Shown here: positions 39,258-48,882 of the stretch, one piece after another | Position numbering within the stretch: position 1 is the first letter of the stretch | How the letters are laid out: the number at the start of each line of letters is the position of its first letter | From: Candidatus Woesearchaeota archaeon | GTDB taxonomy: Archaea; Nanobdellota; Nanobdellia; Woesearchaeales; GW2011-AR4 | Length of the DNA: 64,000 nt | Direction of reading: 5' to 3' | Assembly: GCA_016185755.1 (NCBI GenBank) | Contig: JACPMX010000016.1 | Location: 985-64,984 of the forward strand | The notes under the pieces: model-generated | Told to the model about the DNA's origin: nothing | The model's database searches: none | The model's input: the letters and a program-made list of their open reading frames with translations, nothing else | Program-made: the position numbers and the translations under genes

Positions 39258-40451
39258 TCAAATCTTCGAAGCTATGCTTATTATTTTCGGGTAAAACTTC
39301 GGGTTGAACAGTATGTTAACAGTATTAAAGCACTCATGCGTGCAAAAACAGTTTGTACCGCGGATAAACTTTACCTCATCCATTGATTTCTGCGACAACC
39401 ATAGCTTTCTGAAATCAAGGCCATAATCACGTATGTTCCCCATCTTGTGCGAAGAGCCCAAGATTTCGCACGGATAAACATCGCCTTCAGGGTACATGAC
39501 TCCGCTCAAGTTGCCGGAGTAGCACGGCATCTGGTACTGGTTGGTCTGGTAAATCCGCTGAATCTGTTCATTCAGAATTATCCTTGCTGCAGTTGCCAGC
39601 TTGTTTCCTTTGAACCTCCTTTGGCCAGTCATCTTCTTCGAATAAAACAAGTCGTCCCTGAATTTTACAGCCTCCCTGTAAAGATTCATGTCCAGATTCA
39701 GGTTCACTTTTTCCTTGGGATTTCCCCTTACAAGGTTGATGGCTATATTATCCGGCTTTGCTATTTCGTATATTCCTTTTATTACATCAATAAAATTATT
39801 CTGATTCTGGGAGGTGAAAGTGGTTATAGTCCCTATGTTTATCCTGTCGTATTTTTTCTGCAGCTCCTTGAGCGCCATTATTGTGCCAATGGCCCTGTCA
39901 AAGCATCCTTTTATCCCCCTTATCTTCTCGTGCTCCTCATGAAGCCCGTCTATCGAGATTTGCTGGTTCAGCACGAGCTCAGGGCACCACTCCATCATGT
40001 TCGTTATCTGATTTATCATTCTTTCCTTAAAAAACCCGTTTGAGGGTATAGAAACAATCGGGACCCTTGTGTTATCATAAAATATCTTCACTATCCTGTC
40101 GATATCCCCCCTGACATACGGCTCCCCGCCGGTTACCACCAGATGCAGCAGCGGGTCCATTGTCTTTGTCATCTTGTCAATCTCTTCCAAGGTCAGCTCG
40201 CTAAACTTCTTGTTAAGGCTGTCGTGGTAAAAGCAATGGGAGCAGGTCATATTGCACCTGCTTGTGGGATATAAAATAAAATAAGAAGGCAGCTGGTTTT
40301 TCTTGCTGAAAGCCTTTGACAAATGGCTGTAATAATTTTTAGGCCGATTGCCGTTGGTGCCCATTTCAGGGGCATGCTCCTGCGAGGTGGCATCTTCCTT
40401 TTTATCCAGGCTTTCACCGGAAGGAACCTTTATTTCAATTACCTGCTCCAT
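39258..40451 (-). CDS. Radical SAM protein with SPASM/twitch domain
   Basis: 'CNMTCSHC', 'TGGEP', 'SIDG', 'CYSG...GDVYPCE...GNI', 'CFCTHEC'. Confidence 0.9.
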   Translation of the reverse strand: MEQVIEIKVPSGESLDKKEDATSQEHAPEMGTNGNRPKNYYSHLSKAFSKKNQLPSYFILYPTSRCNMTCSHCFYHDSLNKKFSELTLEEIDKMTKTMDPLLHLVVTGGEPYVRGDIDRIVKIFYDNTRVPIVSIPSNGFFKERMINQITNMMEWCPELVLNQQISIDGLHEEHEKIRGIKGCFDRAIGTIMALKELQKKYDRINIGTITTFTSQNQNNFIDVIKGIYEIAKPDNIAINLVRGNPKEKVNLNLDMNLYREAVKFRDDLFYSKKMTGQRRFKGNKLATAARIILNEQIQRIYQTNQYQMPCYSGNLSGVMYPEGDVYPCEILGSSHKMGNIRDYGLDFRKLWLSQKSMDEVKFIRGTNCFCTHECFNTVNILFNPKFYPKIISIASKI

Positions 40452-40595
40452 AGCGACCGCATTGATATGCCGTTAAACCATTAATTTTATTAATATATTA
40501 TGAAGAACGGACCATATATAAATCTATCGAGCAGGAACGGGCATATCCAAAAATTTATATGCCGAAAATATGCCATCCATCCAAACCAACAAAAA

Positions 40596-41597
40596 ATGAA
40601 ACTATTTTTTTCAATCATAATCCCATTCGGGAAAGCAGACAAATACCTGCTGGAATGCGTGAAGGCGTGCTCCAGCCAAAGCTATGGAAAATTCGAGATA
40701 ATTTTACTGCCTGACAGCAAAACCGGGCTCCCATTCGGCAGGCAGATGAAAAATATAAGAATTATAGAAACCGGAAAAGTGTACCCCTCAAAAAAGAGGA
40801 ACATCGGGATGAAGAATTCCAAGGGAAACATGTGCTCATTTATCGATTCCGATGCATTCCCAAAGAAAGACTGGCTGAAAAACTCCGCACGGTATTTTAA
40901 GGACCAGGGCATAGCTGCCGTAGGCGGCCCGAACCTCATCCCAAAAAATGAGCCTTTCCTGGTTCAGCTGTCAGGGATGGCAATAACCAATTTTTTTGCC
41001 ACAGGGCCTGTTGCAAAAAGATTCAAAGTTTTCAGGAGGAATTATTTTGCCCCTGAGCTGTCAGCATCAAATTTGATAGTGAGAAAATCCATAATGGAGA
41101 AGCTCAACGGGTTTGACGAGAGGTTTTTAACAGGCGAGGATTCCAAATTATGCCGCCAAATCAATGAATCGGGAAAGAAAATACTCTATGCCAGAGACGT
41201 GCAGGTTTACCACCATCAAAGAAAATGGCCGTTTTCCTACGGCAGGCAGATATTTACATGGGGGAGGAACAGGGGAACCTTAGTTTCAAAAAAAGAGGCG
41301 GATATGAGAGTGGAATACCTGGCGCTGCTTTCTTTTGCATTATTCATGCTTATCGGAGGCATACTTTCTTTTTTTATACACCAGCTCCTATTGGCATACC
41401 TGCTTGCGGCAGCCTCATACCTTTCAGCATGCCTGATTTTCTCGTTTAGCAACGGGATTAAATTCTCTCCCTTCCTTTTTATCAGCTTCCCCCTGACTCA
41501 TTTTACTTACTCCCTGGGATTTCTGCTGGGATTCATCGGCTTAGGCAAGGGATGCAAAAACACAAAAAATTTTTGCGCCGGCAACCTGCGGCAATAG
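40596..41597 (+). CDS. GT2 glycosyltransferase with C-terminal TM helices
   Basis: 'SIIIP', 'FIDSD', 'GFDE...GED', hydrophobic tail. Confidence 0.88.
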   Translation: MKLFFSIIIPFGKADKYLLECVKACSSQSYGKFEIILLPDSKTGLPFGRQMKNIRIIETGKVYPSKKRNIGMKNSKGNMCSFIDSDAFPKKDWLKNSARYFKDQGIAAVGGPNLIPKNEPFLVQLSGMAITNFFATGPVAKRFKVFRRNYFAPELSASNLIVRKSIMEKLNGFDERFLTGEDSKLCRQINESGKKILYARDVQVYHHQRKWPFSYGRQIFTWGRNRGTLVSKKEADMRVEYLALLSFALFMLIGGILSFFIHQLLLAYLLAAASYLSACLIFSFSNGIKFSPFLFISFPLTHFTYSLGFLLGFIGLGKGCKNTKNFCAGNLRQ

Positions 41598-41634
41598 AAT
41601 AAGCTTTAAATATGCCGCTTCTGTTCTTTGGGAT

Positions 41635-42357
41635 ATGAAAGTCATGATTACAGGCGGGAACGGCGCACTCGGGAAATCGCTGAAAAAGGCTTTTCCTGAT
41701 GCATACTTCCCAACACACCGGGAAATGGATGTTGCAGATGCTGATGGAGTAAATAAGGCTGTCCTAGGATACAAGCCTGACGCACTGATTCATGCAGCGG
41801 CATTTGTAGACATAAGGGGATGCGAGAATGACAAGAAAAAGGCATGGGATACAAATGTAGAGGGCACGCAAAATATTATGGATGCGCTCAGTAGGGCAAA
41901 CAAAAACTGCTATCTTATCTACATCTCAACTGCATGCGTCTTTGCAGGGGAGCATGAGAAATACTATACGGAAGACGACATCCCATCACCAAAGAATTAT
42001 TACTCCTTCACAAAATTATGCGGGGAACTTGTTGCAAGGCAGCATCCAAATACATGCATCATAAGGACGAATTTTGTCCCAAAAGAGCAGTGGAAATACC
42101 CGAAAGCATTTACAGACAGGTTCGGGACTTATCTTTTCACAGACAATGCTGCACAGGGAATCAAGGACGTTTTTGATAAAAAAGAAAAAGGGATAATCCA
42201 CATTGTTGGAGACAGGAGAATGAGCATGTACGAGCTGGCAAAGCTCGCAGGCTCAAAAGATGTTGGAAAGATCACATTAAAGGAATACGATGGCCCAATG
42301 GTGACTGTTGACATGAGCCTGTCCACCAATAGATGGAAAAAATACAAAATCCGCTGA
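41635..42357 (+). CDS. RmlD-like sugar reductase (SDR)
   Basis: 'TGGNGALG', 'HAAA', 'NVEGT', 'YIST', 'YSFTK'. Confidence 0.82.
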   Translation: MKVMITGGNGALGKSLKKAFPDAYFPTHREMDVADADGVNKAVLGYKPDALIHAAAFVDIRGCENDKKKAWDTNVEGTQNIMDALSRANKNCYLIYISTACVFAGEHEKYYTEDDIPSPKNYYSFTKLCGELVARQHPNTCIIRTNFVPKEQWKYPKAFTDRFGTYLFTDNAAQGIKDVFDKKEKGIIHIVGDRRMSMYELAKLAGSKDVGKITLKEYDGPMVTVDMSLSTNRWKKYKIR

Positions 42358-42359
42358 CT

Positions 42360-43037
42360 ATGAAGCCTAAAATCCTGTTTTGCGGATACAGGGAATGGTC
42401 GCTTAAAATTTATGGCCATATCGAGGGCAAGTTCAGGGATAAGGCAGAGCTGAAGCTGGCAAGGGACGAGAAGGAATTTGAAGACACAATAAAATCATTC
42501 AATCCTGGCCTGGTATTGTTCATAGGCTGGAGCTGGATAATAGACAAGGGCACAGTAAGCAAATTTTTATGCATATGCCTGCATCCCTCGCCTCTGCCAA
42601 AATACAGGGGGGGCAGCCCGCTGCAGCACCAGATGATAAACGGCGAAAAGGAAAGCGCAGCCACGCTTTTCAGGATGAACGACAAGGTCGACAAGGGCCC
42701 GATATTATGGCAGGAGAAGTTTTCCCTGGATGGGAATTTAAGCGAAATTTTCGAAAGAATGTATGAGAAAGGAAAAAAAGGAACTGAAGAAATAATAAAA
42801 AAATTCCTCAATAATGAAAGCTTTGAGGGAACGGCACAGGATGAAAGCAAAGCCACATACTTCAAAAGGAGGACACCGGAAATGAGCGAAATAAAAGCAG
42901 AGGATTTTGAAAATAATACTGCCGAGGAGCTTTACAACAAGATAAGGGCGCTGCAGGACCCCTATCCAAATGCATTTATAAGGTGCAGGAACAACACAAA
43001 ACTTTATATTCAGAAAGCAAAAATTGATGAAAAATGA
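42360..43037 (+). CDS. Formyltransferase (Fmt-like; probable sugar N-formyltransferase)
   Basis: 'HPSPLPKYRGGSP', 'VDKGPI', 'IRALQDPYPNA'. Confidence 0.85.
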   Translation: MKPKILFCGYREWSLKIYGHIEGKFRDKAELKLARDEKEFEDTIKSFNPGLVLFIGWSWIIDKGTVSKFLCICLHPSPLPKYRGGSPLQHQMINGEKESAATLFRMNDKVDKGPILWQEKFSLDGNLSEIFERMYEKGKKGTEEIIKKFLNNESFEGTAQDESKATYFKRRTPEMSEIKAEDFENNTAEELYNKIRALQDPYPNAFIRCRNNTKLYIQKAKIDEK

Positions 43038-43645
43038 AAATGAAAAAACTTGTGATATCCCCCCATATAGATGATGAAGTTCTTGGATGCGGGGGAATAC
43101 TTGACAAGGACACATTCGTGCTGCACTGCGGAGTTGAGGACAGGAGCTACGCGAGCGCGGAAGAAAGGCTAAAGGAGATAAAAGAAGCGCAGAAAATAGC
43201 GGGGTTCCAGATGAAGCTCCTTAAGAATGAAGTCAACCACTATGCGGAAGCAGACTTGATAGGGGATTTTGAAAGCACCATAAATGAAATCAAGCCTGAG
43301 ATGGCATTCATACCGCACCCATCCTACAACCAGGACCACAGGGCAGTGTACAATGCCGCGCTGATTGCATTAAGGCAGCATGACATAAACTTTTTCGTGA
43401 AGAAAGTGCTGGTATACGAGCAGCCTCAGGATGTTTTCTGGGACTTCAACAGTGAAAAAGGCTTCAAGCCGAATTATTTCGTGCCTATTGACATTGAAAG
43501 AAAACTGAAACTGTACTCGCTGCTTAAAACACAGGTAAGGCCGTTCAGGAGCCTTGAGCATGTAAGGGCGATTGCTGTCCTGAGGGGGGGCCAGAGCAAC
43601 TGCAGGCATGCAGAGGGCTTTGAAGCTTTGAGATGGATTGACTAG
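43034..43645 (+). CDS. PIG-L family N-deacetylase
   Basis: 'SPHIDDEVLGCGG', 'NQDH'. Confidence 0.88.
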   Translation: MKMKKLVISPHIDDEVLGCGGILDKDTFVLHCGVEDRSYASAEERLKEIKEAQKIAGFQMKLLKNEVNHYAEADLIGDFESTINEIKPEMAFIPHPSYNQDHRAVYNAALIALRQHDINFFVKKVLVYEQPQDVFWDFNSEKGFKPNYFVPIDIERKLKLYSLLKTQVRPFRSLEHVRAIAVLRGGQSNCRHAEGFEALRWID

Positions 43646-43649
43646 CACT

Positions 43650-44618
43650 ATGAAATATCCTTTTATATCTCTTGTTGTAGTAAATTACAATGGCGAAGAG
43701 ATAATCGGGAAATGCCTTAGTTCTTTGGTTAAAGCTGATTACCCCAAAAACAAGTACGAGATTATTGCTGTTGACAATGCATCTACAGACAATAGCCTTT
43801 CAATCATCAAGGGATTTCCCAAAGCTAAAATAATACGAAACAAAACAAACCTTGGCTATGTGGGGGTAAATTCCTGCCTGGGCAGGGCAAGGGGAAAATA
43901 CATATTCGTGCTGAACAATGACCTTGAGATGGAAAAGAAATGCCTGAAAAAGGCAGTTGAAGCAATCGAGAAGGACAATTCAATTGGTGTCATTGCCCCT
44001 AAGTTCGTCAATTATTACAGCAGAAACGTCGAGTCAAACGGCACGTGGGTTTCAAGGTCATTCTACACAGGCCATTACATCGACAGGAATGAAGAGCAGA
44101 AAGCAAAGGAAATCCCATACCTTGGCATTGAGATGATAAGGGCAGATATAGCGAAAAAATTCGGATATATCTATGACAAGGATTATTTCATTTACGGGGA
44201 AGACTTGGACCTTTCCTTGCGCTTCAGGCTTTTGGGGTATAAGACAATGTACGTTCCTGATGCAGTGATATACCACATGCACGCTGCCACGACAAAAAAG
44301 AGCAGAAGCCATAAGATGACTTTTTTACTGGAGCGGAACTTGCTGATGACCTACTTCAAAATACTGTCTTTTAAGAATACTCTCCTTTTTTTCCCATATG
44401 TTTTTTCCATGAGGATGATTGGGATATTAAAGGATATCCTGACGCTTCAGCTTATGAATGCCTTTGCAAGGATAAAAGCAATTTTTTGGATAGCTGCACA
44501 TTTCCCGCTTGTAATGAAAAAACGGAAAAAAATTCAGGGAATGAGGAAAAAAACAGACAAATTCTTGCTTGAAGTATTCAGCGAAAAGCGCCTTTTTGGG
44601 AGAAAAACTAATCTCTAA
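43650..44618 (+). CDS. GT2 glycosyltransferase (rhamnosyltransferase-like)
   Basis: 'VVVNYNG', 'VDNASTD', 'LNND', 'YGEDLD'. Confidence 0.9.
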   Translation: MKYPFISLVVVNYNGEEIIGKCLSSLVKADYPKNKYEIIAVDNASTDNSLSIIKGFPKAKIIRNKTNLGYVGVNSCLGRARGKYIFVLNNDLEMEKKCLKKAVEAIEKDNSIGVIAPKFVNYYSRNVESNGTWVSRSFYTGHYIDRNEEQKAKEIPYLGIEMIRADIAKKFGYIYDKDYFIYGEDLDLSLRFRLLGYKTMYVPDAVIYHMHAATTKKSRSHKMTFLLERNLLMTYFKILSFKNTLLFFPYVFSMRMIGILKDILTLQLMNAFARIKAIFWIAAHFPLVMKKRKKIQGMRKKTDKFLLEVFSEKRLFGRKTNL

Positions 44619-46071
44619 GCGAATAAATCTCGGTTTTTGAATCCTGGTTCCTGTAAACAAGGCTTTTTTTCCTTATAGAGCCGAGAACGCCTTCAGGAGT
44701 CTTCGCCCTCAGCCTGTCAACAGCGAAATCCTGGTTTACAAATGCATACCTGGCTTTTCCGATATTTTCCTGCTTTGGCCACACCTGAAGCCTGCCAAGA
44801 TAGAATGACATGCACTGGCCGCCTGCCATGATCAGGTCGCTTTCCTGCGTGTTTGCCTTTACCCATTCAAAATCTTGCTGGTAAAAATCCCAGCTCTGCC
44901 TTGCCAGCCTGAATTTAAATGCCTCTGTGCCGATGAAGCCTGCAGATATTATGATTAAGAGAATAAAAAATATTTTTCCTGCTGGCTTGCCTGCAATCCT
45001 GCCCATGCCGATGCCGTAAAAAAATGCAAGCGCAAGGAATGACGGCATGAGCATTCTTGATACAAATGCCCCTACATTTGAGACGTAAAGGAAGAAAAGC
45101 GGGACAAAAGAAGCCAGCAATACATACCATATCATGCGGCTTTTGCCTTTCCCGAGGCCGAAGAACAGCGGAATGAGGAAAATTATTGTCGCCATGATGT
45201 AAATGCCCAGCAATAATGCAAAGTTTGGCAAATTTGCAAAGAAAAGCGCATTGTAGTTCCCGTCAGGAACGCCAAAAAAGCCAAGGTAAAGCGCAAGGTA
45301 GGTTCCTTTCGAGATTATGTTTTCAGCTGCAAAGTCAAGGTAGGAATGCATTTCCATTCCATGGAAAATGTTGTTCATGAAAGGCCATATGGGGTTTCCC
45401 ATGCTGAGCCAGTTCCTTAAAAGCCATGGTGAAGCTATTATCCCCGGCATTATGGCAACAAAAAACAGATTTTTCAGCAGCCCATTTTTTCCGCTTTTTT
45501 TCCATGCAATGTAAGCCAATACGGGAATGAGGAAAATGCCGTTGTTCTTTGTCAGCATTGCAAGCCCAGTTGCCGCTCCTGCAAGAAAAAACCTTTTTTC
45601 CAGTGCAAGGTAAATGCCTGCTGCAAAGAGGAATGTAAGGACAGATTCAACGTAGCCAAGCACGTTGTAGTCTATGTACAGCGGAATGAACGAAAGAAAG
45701 AATATCGCATAAAATGACTGTTTCTCATCGAGCATCTTGCGGAAAAGGAAATATGCAACTATCAAAGTGAGGCTTCCGAACAATGGCGACACCAGCTTCA
45801 ATCCAGTCTCTCCAAATACAAGATAAAAAGCAGCTGCGATGAAATGGAACAACGGGGGAGGCCAGAACGGCTCGTCCCTCCCGACCCCGTCAAAAAGCGG
45901 GATTTCCAGATTTTCTGCCATGAACCTTGCCGCAGACAGGTGCCAGCACGCGTCTCCTGAAACAGCGTAAACAGAAGTTAATGCAAACCTCAGGATTATT
46001 GCTATAACTATTGTTATTAAAGCGTATTTTTCGTATTTACTGATAGTTTTTAATCTTGAAATTAGTTTCAT
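44608..46071 (-). CDS. GT-C membrane glycosyltransferase (ArnT-like)
   Basis: Multi-TM. 'GDACWH', 'WPPPLFH', 'LTK', 'PWLLRNW..GNP'. Confidence 0.8.
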   Translation of the reverse strand: MKLISRLKTISKYEKYALITIVIAIILRFALTSVYAVSGDACWHLSAARFMAENLEIPLFDGVGRDEPFWPPPLFHFIAAAFYLVFGETGLKLVSPLFGSLTLIVAYFLFRKMLDEKQSFYAIFFLSFIPLYIDYNVLGYVESVLTFLFAAGIYLALEKRFFLAGAATGLAMLTKNNGIFLIPVLAYIAWKKSGKNGLLKNLFFVAIMPGIIASPWLLRNWLSMGNPIWPFMNNIFHGMEMHSYLDFAAENIISKGTYLALYLGFFGVPDGNYNALFFANLPNFALLLGIYIMATIIFLIPLFFGLGKGKSRMIWYVLLASFVPLFFLYVSNVGAFVSRMLMPSFLALAFFYGIGMGRIAGKPAGKIFFILLIIISAGFIGTEAFKFRLARQSWDFYQQDFEWVKANTQESDLIMAGGQCMSFYLGRLQVWPKQENIGKARYAFVNQDFAVDRLRAKTPEGVLGSIRKKSLVYRNQDSKTEIYSLRD

Positions 46072-47081
46072 TTTTTGAGCAGGCTTATTACCGCATTTGA
46101 GAATGCTTCAACATCATTCTTTTTCACCAAAATCCCGCTCTTCACGATTTCCGGGTGCGAGCCTATTGCAAAAGCAACAACTTTCCTGCCGCAGGCCTGG
46201 GCTTCTGCAGCCGGAAGGTTGAAGCCTTCCCACAGTGAAGCTGTAACGTACAGGTCGCATGCAGCATAGTAATAAGGCAGCTCCCTGTCTTCTATAAACT
46301 CCCTGAAAATGACATTCTTGTTTGCATGGCTTTTCAGCTCATTGTAATACCTTTTGAAAGTTGGCTTGCCTGCAACCAGCAGTTTAGCGTTTGGCAGCTT
46401 GCCATTTACAATATCAAAAATTTTCAGGAGAGTATGGACGTTTTTATGGGGAGAAATCCTTCCAATAAAGAACAATAATTTTTCATTGGCTTTTATTCCC
46501 AATTTTTTTCTTATTTTTGCCCCGTCAATGCCTTTTTTGTACCTGCTGTCAAGCTTATTGTATTTAACCTCGCTTTCAATCCCAGTTTCCCTTTTCAGCT
46601 CGTCCCTCAAAAATTTGCTTACGGAGAATGCAGAGTCTACATTGCTTATTGACATCTTATTGAAGCAGGCAAATAAGCTCATGTACAATCTTTCAAACAT
46701 ATTTGTGAACAATTCGCTGTAGCCTATGCCGTGGTTATGGTAAATGTACTTCACTCCAAACTTTTTTTTGGCACTTGAGGCAATTAGGTTCATTGGGTAA
46801 AAATGGGATATAATAATATCAAAATCTTTCAGCTTATTGACAGCTTTGCTGAATTTTATAAAATCCAAAAAGAAAAACAGCCTGTACAATCTCTGCAAAA
46901 ACAGGCTTTTTGGCATCCCTATGACTTCAAGCTTAAACCTCCTAGGCTTCAAGTCCGCTTCCAAGGCAAATACTGTAACTTTGTTTCCCTTCCTTGAATG
47001 ATCCATTGCCTGCTGCTCCACAACCCTGTCTATGCCGCTGTAATGCGAGAATGTAGGCGTAAGAATTGCTATTTTCATCAA
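46068..47081 (-). CDS. GT4 glycosyltransferase
   Basis: 'GRISPHK', 'WEGFNLPAAEAQACG'. Confidence 0.92.
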   Translation of the reverse strand: MMKIAILTPTFSHYSGIDRVVEQQAMDHSRKGNKVTVFALEADLKPRRFKLEVIGMPKSLFLQRLYRLFFFLDFIKFSKAVNKLKDFDIIISHFYPMNLIASSAKKKFGVKYIYHNHGIGYSELFTNMFERLYMSLFACFNKMSISNVDSAFSVSKFLRDELKRETGIESEVKYNKLDSRYKKGIDGAKIRKKLGIKANEKLLFFIGRISPHKNVHTLLKIFDIVNGKLPNAKLLVAGKPTFKRYYNELKSHANKNVIFREFIEDRELPYYYAACDLYVTASLWEGFNLPAAEAQACGRKVVAFAIGSHPEIVKSGILVKKNDVEAFSNAVISLLKK

Positions 47082-47794
47082 ATCCCACCAACCACTTTCA
47101 AAATTTTCAGCTTCAAAACCATGAAATACCCTGACACAAGCTGGGGAATCCCGAGCTTTGAACGGCCTTTTGTCCTGTTTACGAAGGTTATGGGTATTTC
47201 CTTTATCCTGAATCCCTTCAAATGCGCCTTGAAAAGCACTTCCTGGACTATTGAGGGGCCTTTTGACTGGAGCTTTTCAGGCTTTATAGATTCCAGAACT
47301 TTCCTTTTGAAGCACCTGAAGCCGGAATTGCAGTCCATGACTTTCAGCCCAAGAACAGCCCTTATGTAAAGGTTTGCGCCAAATGTAACAAGCCTCCTGA
47401 ATGCGCTTCTTCCAATCTCATCGCCTCCCCGGACCCTTCTTGAGCCAAGGATTAAATCAGCGTTTTTCAATTCATTAAGCATGATGGGAATATATTTAGG
47501 GTCATGCGACATGTCGGCATCCATCTCGACAACAGCATCAGCCCCGTGCTTCAGGCAGTATATGAAGCCGTCTTTTCCTGCAGAGCCCCTTCCCTTGTCC
47601 TTTTTCCTGAGCAATAGATGGACATTTCTGTTTTTTTTTGAAATTGCCTCAACAATTTTTGAAGTGCCATCCGGGCTGCTGTCATCGGCAACAACAACAT
47701 GGAGATTTTTTATTTTCAGCTTCAGTATTTTATCTATCAAATTGCCTATGTTCTCGCTTTCATTGTAGGTTGGAATCATTACAAAGGTTTTCAT
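47078..47794 (-). CDS. Polyprenol monophosphomannose synthase-like GT2
   Basis: 'IPTYNE', 'DDSSPDGT', 'MDADMSHDP', 'DCNSGFR', 'SKL'. Confidence 0.9.
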   Translation of the reverse strand: MKTFVMIPTYNESENIGNLIDKILKLKIKNLHVVVADDSSPDGTSKIVEAISKKNRNVHLLLRKKDKGRGSAGKDGFIYCLKHGADAVVEMDADMSHDPKYIPIMLNELKNADLILGSRRVRGGDEIGRSAFRRLVTFGANLYIRAVLGLKVMDCNSGFRCFKRKVLESIKPEKLQSKGPSIVQEVLFKAHLKGFRIKEIPITFVNRTKGRSKLGIPQLVSGYFMVLKLKILKVVGGI

Positions 47795-48801
47795 TTTTTA
47801 ATCAGCTTCTTGACAGCCTTGACAAACTCATCAACATCCCATTCTGGAGGATAGTCGCATTTGGGCTTGTACGAGCAATAGTCTTTTCCTTTCCCCATGA
47901 TTTTTATTCCCCTGCCGTATAATTCAATTTCTGCACTGCTAGTTGGATAGAAAAAAGCCGCAACTTTCTTCTTCAATGCAACCCCGATGTGCAATGCAAG
48001 GCTGTCGCTTGTTACCAGAACATCGCACAAATTAACGAGAGAGACAAACTCCATCAGGGAATTGCTGCAGCCAGCGTCTATAACTCCTGTTCCGGCAAGC
48101 TTCTTTATTTTTTTATTTCTTTCCATCTCTTCAGGCCCGCCGAACAAAATTGGCCTTGCGTTTTTTATCTGCATGTTTAACTTATCAATCAGCTCCGCTG
48201 TTTTTTCAATGCTTAATTTCTTGTCTTCCCACCTGCCTCCAGCCCCTGTATTGATCCCTATGGCAAAATCTGATTTTCTAATGCCGTGCTTTTTGGCAAA
48301 CCTGCCTCCAAAATCCAGCTCTTTCCTGCCTAAAGCCAGCATCGGCTCCTGCTTCAGGTATTTTAGCCCGAGAATCCTGTACATTATTTCAGGATAGGTT
48401 TTTTTGTTTTTTGCCTTCAGCAAATCCGCTTTCCGCTTTCCAAGCCTTGAAATCAGGCCCATGTCAAACCAAGGCGAAGAATTGTCTGTATACATTCTTT
48501 TGCCGTTTTTCAGACATGAGCCTATAATCTTTTTGGATGGCATACTTGATGCCAGCTCGCAGGCCTCATAGTCATCGTCCAGGCTTATGAGAATGTCGTA
48601 TTTCTTATGCCTCAGCTTTTCAGCATCTTCAATCAAGTAGATTTTGCCTATCAAGCCATTGTTTTTCAGGAAGCCGGCAGAGCCCTTTTTCGTGGCCCAG
48701 TCTATCCTGCAGCCCCCGTATTTTTCCTTAAGGCCAGGAAGCACAGCGGTTGTCCTGATTACATCGCCCAATGCGCCGAGCTTGATTATGAGTATTTTCA
48801 T
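47791..48801 (-). CDS. GT9 (ADP-heptose:LPS heptosyltransferase-like) glycosyltransferase
   Basis: 'KILIIKLGALGDV', 'INTGAG', 'VTSDSLALHIGVAL', 'FFYPT'. Confidence 0.88.
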   Translation of the reverse strand: MKILIIKLGALGDVIRTTAVLPGLKEKYGGCRIDWATKKGSAGFLKNNGLIGKIYLIEDAEKLRHKKYDILISLDDDYEACELASSMPSKKIIGSCLKNGKRMYTDNSSPWFDMGLISRLGKRKADLLKAKNKKTYPEIMYRILGLKYLKQEPMLALGRKELDFGGRFAKKHGIRKSDFAIGINTGAGGRWEDKKLSIEKTAELIDKLNMQIKNARPILFGGPEEMERNKKIKKLAGTGVIDAGCSNSLMEFVSLVNLCDVLVTSDSLALHIGVALKKKVAAFFYPTSSAEIELYGRGIKIMGKGKDYCSYKPKCDYPPEWDVDEFVKAVKKLIKK

Positions 48802-48882
48802 CAGCAGCAATAAACCTGAGCCTATTTTAAAGCTTTTCTTTACCAAAAATATTTATAAAGCCGGCTTCCTGACTATAGCCTG

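Noticed and set aside
10265..47922. Numerous 60-200 aa antisense or alternate-frame ORFs in the track
   Set aside because: They lie wholly within well-supported genes and show no recognisable motifs.
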